A stretch of DNA of 64,000 nt. Origin: Acidobacteriaceae bacterium UBA1307 (GTDB lineage: Bacteria; Acidobacteriota; Terriglobia; Terriglobales; Acidobacteriaceae). Both the position numbers and the translations under genes were made by a program. The stretch is from contig DBTV01000037.1 in assembly GCA_002307235.1 (NCBI GenBank), positions 15,981 through 79,980 on the forward strand. Reading direction: 5' to 3'. This document shows, one piece after another, positions 21,068 through 30,533 of the stretch. Numbering within the stretch: the stretch's first letter is position 1; every line of letters starts with the position of its first letter. Under the pieces are notes generated by a model. That model saw only the letters and a list, made by a program, of their open reading frames with translations, was not told where the DNA came from and ran no database searches.

Positions 21068-23740
21068 CTATTGCACGGTGATGTGAATCGTGGTGGAGTG
21101 CGAGAGCGTGCCAGAGGTAGCGGTAATGGTCACAGTCGCGCTCTTTGGCGTGTACTGGAAGGTGCAGGCCGTGAGCGAGGTCGCCAGCGCAAGCGTCAGC
21201 CACGCCAGCGCAAGCCAGCGACGCGCGGCACGGCGCAGACGCCATGCGCATGGAAGCAGAACGAGGCAGAGTGCAATGAGCGCGCGCGTGTGCAGGGCCA
21301 CAAAACTGGAGGCCATCGTGATGGTGAGCGTGCTTTGCGGATGCGTGATGCCTGCCGCGAGCGAGGATGGCGCAAAGCTGGCCGTCGTTTGGGGCGCCAT
21401 GCCGGAGATGGCAAAGGTCATGGGCCCTGCGAGTACCGTGCCCACAGCCGGTGTCGTCAATAGTAAAAAAGTTGCGCATTGCCCCAGATCCAGCGTGGCG
21501 GAATTGCTGCCTTGCACCGTGAGCGTGAAGTCGTCGATCTGTTGTGCGAGTGCGGCGCTGGTGGCGCTGTGGTAGTTGGTGTCGCCGGAGTAGACGGCCG
21601 TGATCGCATGCGTGCCGAGCGTGAGAGCGGCTGTGGTGTAGCTGGCCGATCCAGAAGAGAGAGCCGTTGTCGAAAGAAGCGTTGTTCCGTCATAAAACGC
21701 AATCGTGCCGGAGGGCGTGATCGAAATTGCGCGCACCGTTGCGGTGAAGGTGACTGCGTTGGAAAGAAAGGCCGGATTACTCGACGAGGTGAGCGTGATA
21801 GGGGGCGTTGCATTCAGCACGGTGATCGGCACGGTGGCGGAAGACGCGGTGTAGTGTACGGCGTCGGTGGGCGTGAGCGTCGTGTGGAGAGTGTACGTGC
21901 CTGTGGTGAGAATCGTGCCCGTTTCCGGCGTATAGGCAAAGGTGCCGGCAATCGCCGAGGTCGCGTTGAGTTGGGTCGCGCTCAGGGCTGTTCCATAAAG
22001 AATGTCGGAGGGCGCAGGCCAAAGGATCGCCGGTTGTTGCTGAAAGATGACCGGATCGGAGGCGGTGACGTTGCTTGAAAACGAAGGGCTGGCGATAGTC
22101 GCTGTAACCTGGCTGGTATAGCTCGAAAGATTGTTTGCCGCATAACTTGGAATGGTTACGGAAAGCAGGATGCGGTTGCTGGCGTTTGCGGTCAACCCTG
22201 TCGTGCGTGTGCAGGTGAGCGTCGCCAAAGTGCATTGCCATTCCCCGCTCGACCCGGTAAGCGCGGTGGCCGTCATGCCTGCAGGCAGGGTGAGCGTGAG
22301 CGCGGCCGAGGAATCGATCGACAGCGTGGAACTGGTATTGGTCGTGGTGATTTCGAGCGTGTCGGCGGTGTCGCCCTGCTTTACGATCATGGGATCGGGT
22401 GAGAAGGCGAGCGCGAGAGAGGGAATGACCACGGGTTGCACAAAGCTGCTCAGATCGAAGAGCGCATATTCGAGCATGGCCTCCTGCGCGCTCATCGTGC
22501 TTGTGGCCGGGCACTCATTGGGAAAGTAGAGCCCGGTGTTTGAGTAACGTACGCCGGTCGTGGTGCCTGGGTCCATGACGTGATACTCGTTGAAGAGTAC
22601 GCGGCCGCACTGTGCCGAGGAATCCGCGCCCACCGGCGTATTGAAGGTCATCTGCATGATGGGATTGTTGTCGTTGCTGTCGTTCAGCGTGAGCCATGCC
22701 TGCGTTGGCGCGATTACAGTGTTGAAGTCGTGCCGCAGCGTGCTGATCGAAACCTCGTCGGAGTGTGTGACGCCCTGCGCATCCTTATACGACGCGCCTG
22801 CCAGATTGAGCCATTGCGCCAGCGTCGCGCCATCGGTAAAGCTCGTGTTGATGGTGGCGATGCCAGGGTCCGGCGTTGGATAACTGAGGTTCGTGTTCCA
22901 GTCAGCGACGGCAGGAAAGGGAGAATTATCCGGTGCGTTCGGGTCGAGCCACACGTAGTTGAAGTGCGTGGCGAAGATGCGGCCTCCGGCGTTGGCATAG
23001 TGCAGCACGTTGGTCAGCGCGGCAGAGCTCTTTGCGTACTGCGCTCCGGGGCAGGCAAACAGAACCATGTCGTACTGGCTCAGGCGCGTGGCATTCTCCG
23101 TCAGCGTGCTTGTCGTGGGCGTTGCGCCGTCGATGGCCGCGCCGCCGCCAAGCGTGTCCACGTAAAGATGAATGCGCCCGCCGGGATTCTTCGTGCCATT
23201 GTCGTCGCTAAATTCGCTGTCGCTGATCCCCATGTCGCGCAGCACGCATTCCAGCCCGTCGACACTGCCGGTCGAAATGGCGATGAGCGGAATGTCGCCC
23301 TGACTATGGTTGGCCGGCATGTGCAGGGCAAGCCCTGTGACGGGATCGCTGGCCACGGTGAGAGGAAATTGACGCCGCCATTTGCCCGCCTGAATGACGA
23401 GTGTGTAACTGGCGTTCGTGGGAACCTGCGTCAGTGTGAAGCTGCCATCGGCCGCGGTGAAGGTCGAGGCTACGCCGCTCGGAGCATTTTTAGTCGACAG
23501 GCATTGCACGCCGGCGGGCAGTGCGGCGGGCGTCGTCGCTGAAAGATAAACCAGCACATTTGCGAGAGGTAACGAATGCGCCGTGGTGCGTGGATCGTAG
23601 ACGACGCCGCTCACCGTTGTCGTTTGTGCCGCGGCCAGAACGGTGCTGCACAAAAAGGCCGCAAGCAGTGTCCGACGACAGGCGGCGTGGGCTCTGTGTC
23701 GTGATACAACGATGCCGGAGACAATGCGCATGGTTCTCAT
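21068..23740 (-). CDS. Large secreted protein: CarboxypepD_reg-like N-domain, central domain, bacterial Ig-like repeats
   Basis: Signal-like LLAAFLCSTVLAAAQ then TTVSGVVYDP...ANVLVYL. Repeated Ig-like units (GTIAFYDGTTLLSTTALSSGSASYTTAALTLGTHAITAVYSGDTNYHSATS). Start at ATG 23740 or 23731. Confidence 0.7.
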   Translation of the reverse strand: MRTMRIVSGIVVSRHRAHAACRRTLLAAFLCSTVLAAAQTTTVSGVVYDPRTTAHSLPLANVLVYLSATTPAALPAGVQCLSTKNAPSGVASTFTAADGSFTLTQVPTNASYTLVIQAGKWRRQFPLTVASDPVTGLALHMPANHSQGDIPLIAISTGSVDGLECVLRDMGISDSEFSDDNGTKNPGGRIHLYVDTLGGGAAIDGATPTTSTLTENATRLSQYDMVLFACPGAQYAKSSAALTNVLHYANAGGRIFATHFNYVWLDPNAPDNSPFPAVADWNTNLSYPTPDPGIATINTSFTDGATLAQWLNLAGASYKDAQGVTHSDEVSISTLRHDFNTVIAPTQAWLTLNDSNDNNPIMQMTFNTPVGADSSAQCGRVLFNEYHVMDPGTTTGVRYSNTGLYFPNECPATSTMSAQEAMLEYALFDLSSFVQPVVIPSLALAFSPDPMIVKQGDTADTLEITTTNTSSTLSIDSSAALTLTLPAGMTATALTGSSGEWQCTLATLTCTRTTGLTANASNRILLSVTIPSYAANNLSSYTSQVTATIASPSFSSNVTASDPVIFQQQPAILWPAPSDILYGTALSATQLNATSAIAGTFAYTPETGTILTTGTYTLHTTLTPTDAVHYTASSATVPITVLNATPPITLTSSSNPAFLSNAVTFTATVRAISITPSGTIAFYDGTTLLSTTALSSGSASYTTAALTLGTHAITAVYSGDTNYHSATSAALAQQIDDFTLTVQGSNSATLDLGQCATFLLLTTPAVGTVLAGPMTFAISGMAPQTTASFAPSSLAAGITHPQSTLTITMASSFVALHTRALIALCLVLLPCAWRLRRAARRWLALAWLTLALATSLTACTFQYTPKSATVTITATSGTLSHSTTIHITVQ

Positions 23741-24087
23741 GGTTTGTGAATCGTTTCTTTCGCACGGCAGCGGCCTTGCGCGGATACTCCAGAGGGTTGA
23801 CTTCATACAATCCATCGGCGAGGGCGGCTTGCGGCGGCACGAAAAGGGCGTCGCGCAGGCCGAAGGGGTGCCGTTCCAGAGCTGAAATAAAAATGGACTC
23901 TGCGGGGTTACTTCCGTGATTTTTAGGTTTTGTTGCAGATAGAGCTTTAAGGCTCTGAGGTTGCTGAAGATACGATGTGCTTTCAAAAGAAGGGCGTCCG
24001 CAGGGGCGGCGTCTGGTTCTGCCTGTGGCGGGTGTTCTTGGGCTGTGGCCTGTAAACTCGGAACGCGGGCAGACGTCTACCAGAGTG

Positions 24088-24684
24088 ATGAAGAGTGAGA
24101 CTGCGGTATGCATCAACGATTCTCTTCTGGTGGAGGAGCGGCCCGAGCAAGCATGGGAGGCGGCCACGGAGGAGTTTTCTCAAGTCGTATTGGAATGTCG
24201 GCCACGCGTCTATCGATTCCTGCTGGCTTCGACGCGGGACCTTGATCTGGCCGAGACGCTGACGCAGGATTGCCTTCTCAAGGCGCACCGGAATTGGAAG
24301 CACTTCCGGGGAGAGTCATCGGTGATGACCTGGCTGTTGCGTATCGCCATCAATCTCGAAAAGGATTATTGGCGGAATCGCAGATTGCAGTTCTGGCGGC
24401 AGATGCAGGTTCATCATGTGGATGTGGATGAGGCCAGCGAGTGGCTGCCTGCGCGGGAGTCATCGGCGGAACAACAGTTGCTGGCCCGCGAGCAGGTCAA
24501 GCAGGTCTGGAAGGTTGTCGAGCAATTGAGCGCCCGGCAAAAAAACATCTTTCTTTTGCGTGTCGTTGAAGAGATGGAACTAAGTGAGATTGGGCGCCTG
24601 TTGACGTTGAGCGAGGGGACGGTGAAGGCGCACCTGTCTCGGGCATTGACGCGGGTACGGGAAAGCGTGCGAGGCATACGATGA
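24088..24684 (+). CDS. ECF-type RNA polymerase sigma-70 factor
   Basis: Region 2 (DLAETLTQDCLLKAHRNW) and region 4 HTH (ELSEIGRLLTLSEGTVKAHLSRAL). Confidence 0.85.
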   Translation: MKSETAVCINDSLLVEERPEQAWEAATEEFSQVVLECRPRVYRFLLASTRDLDLAETLTQDCLLKAHRNWKHFRGESSVMTWLLRIAINLEKDYWRNRRLQFWRQMQVHHVDVDEASEWLPARESSAEQQLLAREQVKQVWKVVEQLSARQKNIFLLRVVEEMELSEIGRLLTLSEGTVKAHLSRALTRVRESVRGIR

Positions 24685-25148
24685 CGACGAGAGAGAATCG
24701 GCCACAGGATTTAACGGAGATCGAATTGGAACTCGAGCAAACTCTGGGGCATTTTCGGGAAAGTGTGCACGCGTGGAGTGAAAAGGCATATCGGCGGCCG
24801 CACGTGGTGCAAACGACGAGGCCGAGCGTGCGTTGGCGCCTGGTTTGGGGAGCGGCTGTCGGATGCTTGATGGCGGTGGTTTGTGTCGATGGCGCGTTGT
24901 ATGCGCGGCATCACTCGCAGGCGCAGGCTGTTGTTTCCCAGTTGGCCGTGACTGAAACCGCTTCGGCCCAAGCTCCGGCGCGGACAGAGAGGCAGCAGGC
25001 GCGGGAGAGCGAGGGCCCCAGGGGAGAAGAGGCGCACAAGGCCGCGCCAGAAAAGGACTTGCTGGCCATGGTGGATCGCGATGTCTCCCGCCAGATTCCC
25101 GCGGTTCTGGATCCTTTGGCGCAATGGATGGATGACAGTGAGCAGTAA
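24681..25148 (+). CDS. Putative anti-sigma factor (single-pass membrane protein)
   Basis: ATGA overlap with the sigma gene and one TM helix (WRLVWGAAVGCLMAVVCVDGAL). Assignment by context only. Confidence 0.5.
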   Translation: MTTRENRPQDLTEIELELEQTLGHFRESVHAWSEKAYRRPHVVQTTRPSVRWRLVWGAAVGCLMAVVCVDGALYARHHSQAQAVVSQLAVTETASAQAPARTERQQARESEGPRGEEAHKAAPEKDLLAMVDRDVSRQIPAVLDPLAQWMDDSEQ

Positions 25149-25208
25149 GTCCTGCTCTCTGTGACTCAAACAAAAACAGATATTCCCGAAAAAGGGAGAG
25201 GAGTGGCG

Positions 25209-25796
25209 ATGAAAATTCTGTCGGGTGTACGTTGGTTGCTTTTGGTAGTGGGTGCGGGGTTGATGACCAGTGGCGCGCGTGCGCAGGGGCCGGGCGTTCC
25301 CGGGCCGGGGTTCGGCGAGCATAAGCCTCCCATGGAGCGGTCGTTGGGCGTTGGCAGCGCATGGGGCCAGTGGTGGAATCATCCGCATGTGATTGAGAAA
25401 CTGAAGCTGACAGACGAGCAACGCAAAACCATGGATGCAGTCTTGCTTGAGCATCGCAAGCGGCTGATTGACTTACGGGCGAATGTGCAAAAAGGTGAGC
25501 TCGATTTGGAGCCTTTGATGAACGCCGATCAGCCGAATGAGGCTAAGCTGTTGGCCCAAATCGACCTTGTGGCGCAGTCGCGGGCGGAACTGGAAAAGGC
25601 CAATGCGCGCTTTTTGCTTGCGTTGCGCAACAAGATAACTCTGGAGCAATGGAAGCAACTACAGGAGTTACGCCTTGAATCGCGGCGCGAGCACGGACCA
25701 TGGAATGCGTCGGGAACGCAAAAGGAACAGCGTCCTTTTCAGGGCCATGGGCCGGTGCGCGGGGACTCTGCTCCTGCGCAGAATGGATTGCAATAG
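25209..25796 (+). CDS. Periplasmic Spy/CpxP-like (LTxxQ motif) protein
   Basis: Signal peptide and two LTxxQ-type motifs (LKLTDEQRKTM, ITLEQWKQL). Confidence 0.6.
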   Translation: MKILSGVRWLLLVVGAGLMTSGARAQGPGVPGPGFGEHKPPMERSLGVGSAWGQWWNHPHVIEKLKLTDEQRKTMDAVLLEHRKRLIDLRANVQKGELDLEPLMNADQPNEAKLLAQIDLVAQSRAELEKANARFLLALRNKITLEQWKQLQELRLESRREHGPWNASGTQKEQRPFQGHGPVRGDSAPAQNGLQ

Positions 25797-26091
25797 ATTC
25801 CGTCGTGCACTCTCTGGTGTAAGGCAGTGTTGTTTCATGAGTGAGTGAAGTAAGTTTACAGAATGTTTTTAAAGCGTTGGCGGTAGAAGAGAGAGTCTTC
25901 TACCGCCTGTTTTTTTGTGGCGACATGGAAGACGTGTCCTGAACAGGGCAATGATCGGCTGGAAACAGGTCATATTTGTGTCTCGTTTTCGATGCTATCT
26001 GATGCGCAATCAAACACATTATGGATCGTAGCTATACATAAAAGGCGATATTGCCGCAAAAGAAGCCATGTGCGATTTAAAAAATTATGAC

Positions 26092-26118
26092 TAAAGTTAT
26101 TGAGGGCCGTTCCGATGA
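26092..26118 (+). promoter_or_regulatory. Sigma-28 (FliA)-type promoter candidate for the flagellin gene
   Basis: TAAA, a 15-nt spacer, then TCCGATGA, versus the consensus TAAA-N15-GCCGATAA. Lies about 108 nt upstream of the flagellin ATG. Confidence 0.45.
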
Positions 26119-26225
26119 AGGGGGTGGATGCAGAACGCTCTCCGGAAGAAGTGAGCGAATGGCGCCGGTAAGTTGCCAGGTTGGCCGGCGCATTGAAGCA
26201 GAGCATCCAAGAAGGAGTTGAGTCC

Positions 26226-27470
26226 ATGGCCCTCGGCGTATTGAATAACCTCTCAGCCGTGTATGCGGAAAACAACCTAAACAAGACCAATGCGAATTTG
26301 CAGACGGTTTTGCAGCAGCTGTCTTCGGGCTCGAAGATCAATTCGGGGGCGGACGATGCCGCAGGTTTGTCATTGGTCAATGGGTTGGGTGCAAACTCCA
26401 CCGCACTGACGCAGTCCTCGACGAATGCCACCGAAGGCGTGGGGCTTTTGCAGGTGGCCGATGGCGCGCTATCACAGGTGACCACACTGCTTGACCGAGC
26501 CATCACGCTGGCCACGGAGGCGTCGAATGGCACTCTGAATACGGCGCAGGCGTCGGCCGCCAATCAGGAGTATCAGTCGATTCTGTCGGAGATCAATAAC
26601 ATTGGTTCGACGACGACCTACAACGGCAATCAGGTTTTCATTGGCTCGACCGTCGACATCTACACAGGCGACTCTTCGGCCAAAGGCGGATCGATTGATA
26701 GCTTGTACTTTGCCAGCCTGAGCTCTGCAAGCCTGGGTGATACGGGTGGCACGGTAATGCAGAGCAGCGATGGCTACTTTTATGATCTGACAAGTGGCAC
26801 GACGCTGGCGACGACCGGCGACTCGGTTTCCGGTACGCTTACCTTTGCGGTGACGGATGCGACGGGATCGATCACGACGATTACAGAGAGCTCTTCGACG
26901 ATGAGCGGACTGATTACCGCGATCAACAACGCGCATATCCCCGGAGTGACCGCAAATCTTGTCACCAAATCGTCTGTGGTTACGGGCAGCAGCTCGACGA
27001 ATACCGGACTCGAGATTTCCAACACGAATGCCAATGTCACAATCAGCGGATCGATTTCCGATTCAACTTCGGGAGCCTCATCGGTTTCGGGCGCAGCGAA
27101 TACGGGAGCGACGACGGCCATTTCCTACAAGTTTGCCAGCGGTGGTGACACGACCATTGATCTGAGCACGACGAGCCTGACTTCGACGGCGGGCGCGCAG
27201 CTTGCGCTCAAGCTTATTAACCAGGCCGTGACCATGGTGGCGGCGCAGGATGGCTATCTGGGTGCGCAGATCAACACCATGAGCGCGATCAGCACGGTGA
27301 TGAGCACGCAGCAGGAAAATGTGCTTTCGGCGCAGAATGCGGTGCAGGCTACCGACTATGCTTCGGCGACTTCGAATATGTCGAAGTATGAGGTGTTGAC
27401 ACAGACCGGCATTGCCGCACTGGCGCAAGCCAACAGCGTGCAGCAGGAAGTGACCAAGCTGCTGCAGTAA
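26226..27470 (+). CDS. fliC: Flagellin
   Basis: Conserved N-terminus LSSGSKINSGADDAAGLS. S/T-rich variable middle. Conserved C-terminal helix ...QANSVQQEVTKLLQ. ATG 26226 follows AAGGAG. Confidence 0.9.
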   Translation: MALGVLNNLSAVYAENNLNKTNANLQTVLQQLSSGSKINSGADDAAGLSLVNGLGANSTALTQSSTNATEGVGLLQVADGALSQVTTLLDRAITLATEASNGTLNTAQASAANQEYQSILSEINNIGSTTTYNGNQVFIGSTVDIYTGDSSAKGGSIDSLYFASLSSASLGDTGGTVMQSSDGYFYDLTSGTTLATTGDSVSGTLTFAVTDATGSITTITESSSTMSGLITAINNAHIPGVTANLVTKSSVVTGSSSTNTGLEISNTNANVTISGSISDSTSGASSVSGAANTGATTAISYKFASGGDTTIDLSTTSLTSTAGAQLALKLINQAVTMVAAQDGYLGAQINTMSAISTVMSTQQENVLSAQNAVQATDYASATSNMSKYEVLTQTGIAALAQANSVQQEVTKLLQ

Positions 27471-27540
27471 CCCTGAAATAAGTTCGGAAAAAAGTTTAGC
27501 AACAACGTTGCATTGCGGCACTTCAAGACAACCCAGGGAC

Positions 27541-27577
27541 GGGCGGCGGCAGAGAGCAATCTTTGCCGCCCTTTTTA
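27541..27577 (+). terminator. Intrinsic terminator candidate downstream of flagellin
   Basis: GGGCGGC...GCCGCCC hairpin followed by TTTTTAT. Confidence 0.5.
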
Positions 27578-27656
27578 TGCAGGAAAAAGGCTCATCGATT
27601 GATCTGGAGTGATCTTCGATGAGCCTCAATAAGCTATAGAAAAATGAGCGTGTGAG

Positions 27657-29096
27657 TTATTCCCATTTCCCCGTCGTTAGATACTCGTGCATCGAGCGTG
27701 CGGCCTTGCGGCCCGCGCCCATGGCGAGGATCACGGTTGCGCCTCCGGTGACGATGTCGCCGCCGGCAAAGACGCCGCGCTTGGAGGTTCGCGCCGTTTC
27801 AGGGTCGGCCACAATGTAGTTGCGCTTGTTGGTTTCAAGGTCAGGCGTCGTGCTCTGAATCAGCGGATTGGCCGTGGTGCCGAGTCCGATGATGGCGACG
27901 CTGGCCGGTAGCACGTACTCCGATCCTGCGACCGGAATGGGGCGACGGCGGCCGCTGGCATCGGGTTCGCCGAGTTCCATGCGGATGCATTTGGCGCCGG
28001 TCAGCCAGCCCTTTTCATCGCCCACGAACTCCTCGGGATTGGTGAGCATGCAGAATGCGATGCCCTCTTCTTCTGCGTGATGCACCTCTTCGGCACGCGC
28101 CGGCATTTCTTCGCGCGAGCGGCGATAGACGAGCGTGGCGGTTTTGGCGCCGAGGCGCTTGGCGGTGCGCACGGCGTCCATGGCCGTGTTGCCGCCGCCG
28201 ACCACGATGACATCTTTGCCGTGGCAATCGTAGATCGGTTCATCGTATTCGTCGGCCTTGTAGGCACGCATCAGGTTGATGCGCGTCAGAAACTCGTTGG
28301 CCGAGTAGACGCCGTTCAGGTGTTCGCCAGGAATGTGGAGAAACTGCGGCAGGCCCGCGCCTGTTGCGATGTAGACGGCATCGTAGTGCTCGTCGTTCAT
28401 CAACTCGTCGATGGTGACGCTCTTGCCGACGACGACGTTGGTCTCGAACTCGACGCCGATGCGACGCAGGTTTTCGATCTCCTGGCGCACGATGCTCTTG
28501 GGCAGACGGAACTCGGGAATGCCGTAGACGAGCACGCCGCCCAACTCATGGAGTGCCTCGAAGACGCGCACGCGGTGGCCTTTTTGGATGAGGTCACCGG
28601 CGGCCGAAAGTGAGGACGGTCCGCTGCCGACGATGGCCACGCTCTTGCCCGTCGAGGGTGCGATGGTGGGCATGCCGATCTTGCCGCTTTCGCGCTCAAA
28701 GTCGGCGATGAAGCGCTCAAGATTGCCGATGGCCAGTGGCTGGCCCTTTTTGCCGAGCACGCAACCGCCCTCGCATTGCTTTTCCTGCGGGCAGACGCGG
28801 CCGGTGACGGCGGGCAGCGCATTGTCCTCGCGCATCTTTGATGCTGCGCCGAGATAATCCTCTGCGGCGATCAGCTCAACTACCTCGCGAATGTGCACGC
28901 CGACCGGGCAGCTCTGCACGCAGAGTGGCTTGCCGCAGGCCAGGCAGCGCGTGGCCTCGTTGTGCGCCATCGCAGGGCTGAGACCGGAGTTGACCTCTTC
29001 AAAGTTATGACAGCGAATGCTCGGATCGACCGCGGGCATTGCGATCCGCGTCAGATTCATGCGCTCCTTCAAGGAAAGCGAATTGGCATTAGACAT
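27657..29096 (-). CDS. GltD-like NADPH-dependent oxidoreductase beta subunit (NfnB/SudA type)
   Basis: Two Cys clusters (CLACGKPLCVQSCPVG, GRVCPQEKQCEGGC) and two dinucleotide folds (VAIVGSGPSSLSAAG, VIVVGGGNTAMD). Start ATG 29096 overlaps the upstream gene by 8 nt. Confidence 0.85.
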   Translation of the reverse strand: MSNANSLSLKERMNLTRIAMPAVDPSIRCHNFEEVNSGLSPAMAHNEATRCLACGKPLCVQSCPVGVHIREVVELIAAEDYLGAASKMREDNALPAVTGRVCPQEKQCEGGCVLGKKGQPLAIGNLERFIADFERESGKIGMPTIAPSTGKSVAIVGSGPSSLSAAGDLIQKGHRVRVFEALHELGGVLVYGIPEFRLPKSIVRQEIENLRRIGVEFETNVVVGKSVTIDELMNDEHYDAVYIATGAGLPQFLHIPGEHLNGVYSANEFLTRINLMRAYKADEYDEPIYDCHGKDVIVVGGGNTAMDAVRTAKRLGAKTATLVYRRSREEMPARAEEVHHAEEEGIAFCMLTNPEEFVGDEKGWLTGAKCIRMELGEPDASGRRRPIPVAGSEYVLPASVAIIGLGTTANPLIQSTTPDLETNKRNYIVADPETARTSKRGVFAGGDIVTGGATVILAMGAGRKAARSMHEYLTTGKWE

Positions 29097-30045
29097 AGTG
29101 CTTCTCCTCGAGGTCGATTTGCGCGGCATCATTTGCGGTTGCGGCGATTTCGGAATGCAGCTTGGCGATCTCCTGCTCCTTGCGTGCCAGCTCGGCGCGA
29201 AGCTCGGCCAGTTCCTCGTCCTTGTGAGCCTTGAATTGCTCGAGCGAACGGCACTCCTTGTCGCGATACATGGCATTGCGCTGACGCAGCACATCGAAGT
29301 CCACCTGGGATGCGTCGAACTCAGGTCCGTCCACACAGGCAAACTTGGTTTCGTTGCCGAGCACGACGCGACAGCCGCCGCACATGCCGGTGCCGTCGAC
29401 CATGATCGAGTTCAGGCTGACCATGGTTTTGATGCCGAGCGGCCTGGTCAGATCGGCGACGGCGCGCATCATCGGCACGGGGCCGACGGCGAGCACGAAA
29501 TCGATCTTGATGCCGGACTGGATCAGCTCGGTGAGCTTTTTGGTGACCAGCCCCTGTTCGCCGAAGCTGCCATCGTCGGTCATGAAGTAAGCGTCGGTCG
29601 ATGCCTCGCGGACCTCGTCCTCGAACAGCACCATCTCGCGGCTGCGTGCGCCTTCAATAAAGAAGACACGATTGCCGATCTGCTTGAGCGCATGCGCGGT
29701 GGGCAGAGCCATGGCCGTGCCCACGCTGCCGGCAAGGATGGCGACGGTGCCGAAGTTCTCGATTTCGGAGGGGCGACCGAGCGGGCCAACGATGTCGAGG
29801 ATCGAGTCGCCGGTCTCAAGGCAATTCAATAGCGAGGTCGTTTTGCCGATCGACTGGGCGACGATGGTGATAGTGCCCGCCTCTGGATCCGAGGCCTTGA
29901 TGGTCAGCGGAATGCGTTCGCCTTTTTCGTGCAGGCGCAAAATGACAAACTGGCCGGGGCGCTCTTTGCGCGCGATGCGCGGTGCCTCGACGACAAACTG
30001 TTTCATATTGAGGCCGACAGTGCGTGCCTCGATGATCCTGTACAT
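29089..30045 (-). CDS. Ferredoxin-NADP reductase-like FAD/NAD(P) subunit with 2Fe-2S site (NfnA/SudB type)
   Basis: RPGQFVILR FAD motif, GPLG, and the cluster DGTGMCGGCRV...FACVDGP. Has an unusual C-terminal charged coiled-coil tail. Start ATG 30045 follows GGAGA. Confidence 0.8.
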   Translation of the reverse strand: MYRIIEARTVGLNMKQFVVEAPRIARKERPGQFVILRLHEKGERIPLTIKASDPEAGTITIVAQSIGKTTSLLNCLETGDSILDIVGPLGRPSEIENFGTVAILAGSVGTAMALPTAHALKQIGNRVFFIEGARSREMVLFEDEVREASTDAYFMTDDGSFGEQGLVTKKLTELIQSGIKIDFVLAVGPVPMMRAVADLTRPLGIKTMVSLNSIMVDGTGMCGGCRVVLGNETKFACVDGPEFDASQVDFDVLRQRNAMYRDKECRSLEQFKAHKDEELAELRAELARKEQEIAKLHSEIAATANDAAQIDLEEKHYV

Positions 30046-30386
30046 GAAGTCAGGTCTCCAGTGCGACAAAGATAGACGGACGACTCCGGCGCGGTTGGCA
30101 ATGTGAAGAGGGAAGGGACAGGCCGGAGTGCATGGTTTTGTTCGATCCCGGCCTCATTATTGTGGATGGCCTCTCATCTTGGTGGTGACTTGGATCACGA
30201 AAGCTGGACGTAGCGCAGGCAATGACTTTGTTTTTGCGCGGAGGATGAAGTTTTTTAGGGGTTCAAGGCAGAAAAGAGAGATTTTGTGGAAAACACCCCT
30301 CCAGAGGATTTGACGAATGGCTCCTGAATCGACATAATAAAGAAGTTGCTGGTGAGAACAACGCCGACAACGAACAAGTGAAAAGT

Positions 30387-30462
30387 GGGCCTGTGGCGCA
30401 GTTGGGAGCGCGCTTCCATGGCATGGAAGAGGTCATCGGTTCGATCCCGATCAGGTCCACCA
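30387..30462 (+). tRNA. tRNA-Ala (anticodon GGC), CCA encoded
   Basis: Hand-folded cloverleaf with a 7-bp acceptor stem including the Ala identity pair G3:U70. D arm GCGC/GCGC. Anticodon stem CTTCC/GGAAG with loop AT-GGC-AT. T arm ATCGG-TTCGATC-CCGAT. Discriminator A followed by CCA. Confidence 0.9.
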
Positions 30463-30533
30463 ATTATTTCAATAACTTACAGGGTTTGCGCTGAATTCTT
30501 AAAGGTCCCGAAAGGTCCATTAAAAGAACGTCC

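Noticed and set aside
30121-30153. A hairpin AGGCCGG...CCGGCCT contains GTTCGATCCCG, an 11-nt match to the T-loop region of the nearby tRNA-Ala. It could be a tRNA fragment or an old att remnant.
   Set aside because: The match is short and covers the near-universal T-loop sequence. No acceptor-stem match is present. It lies upstream of the tRNA, on the wrong side for an attR of this element.
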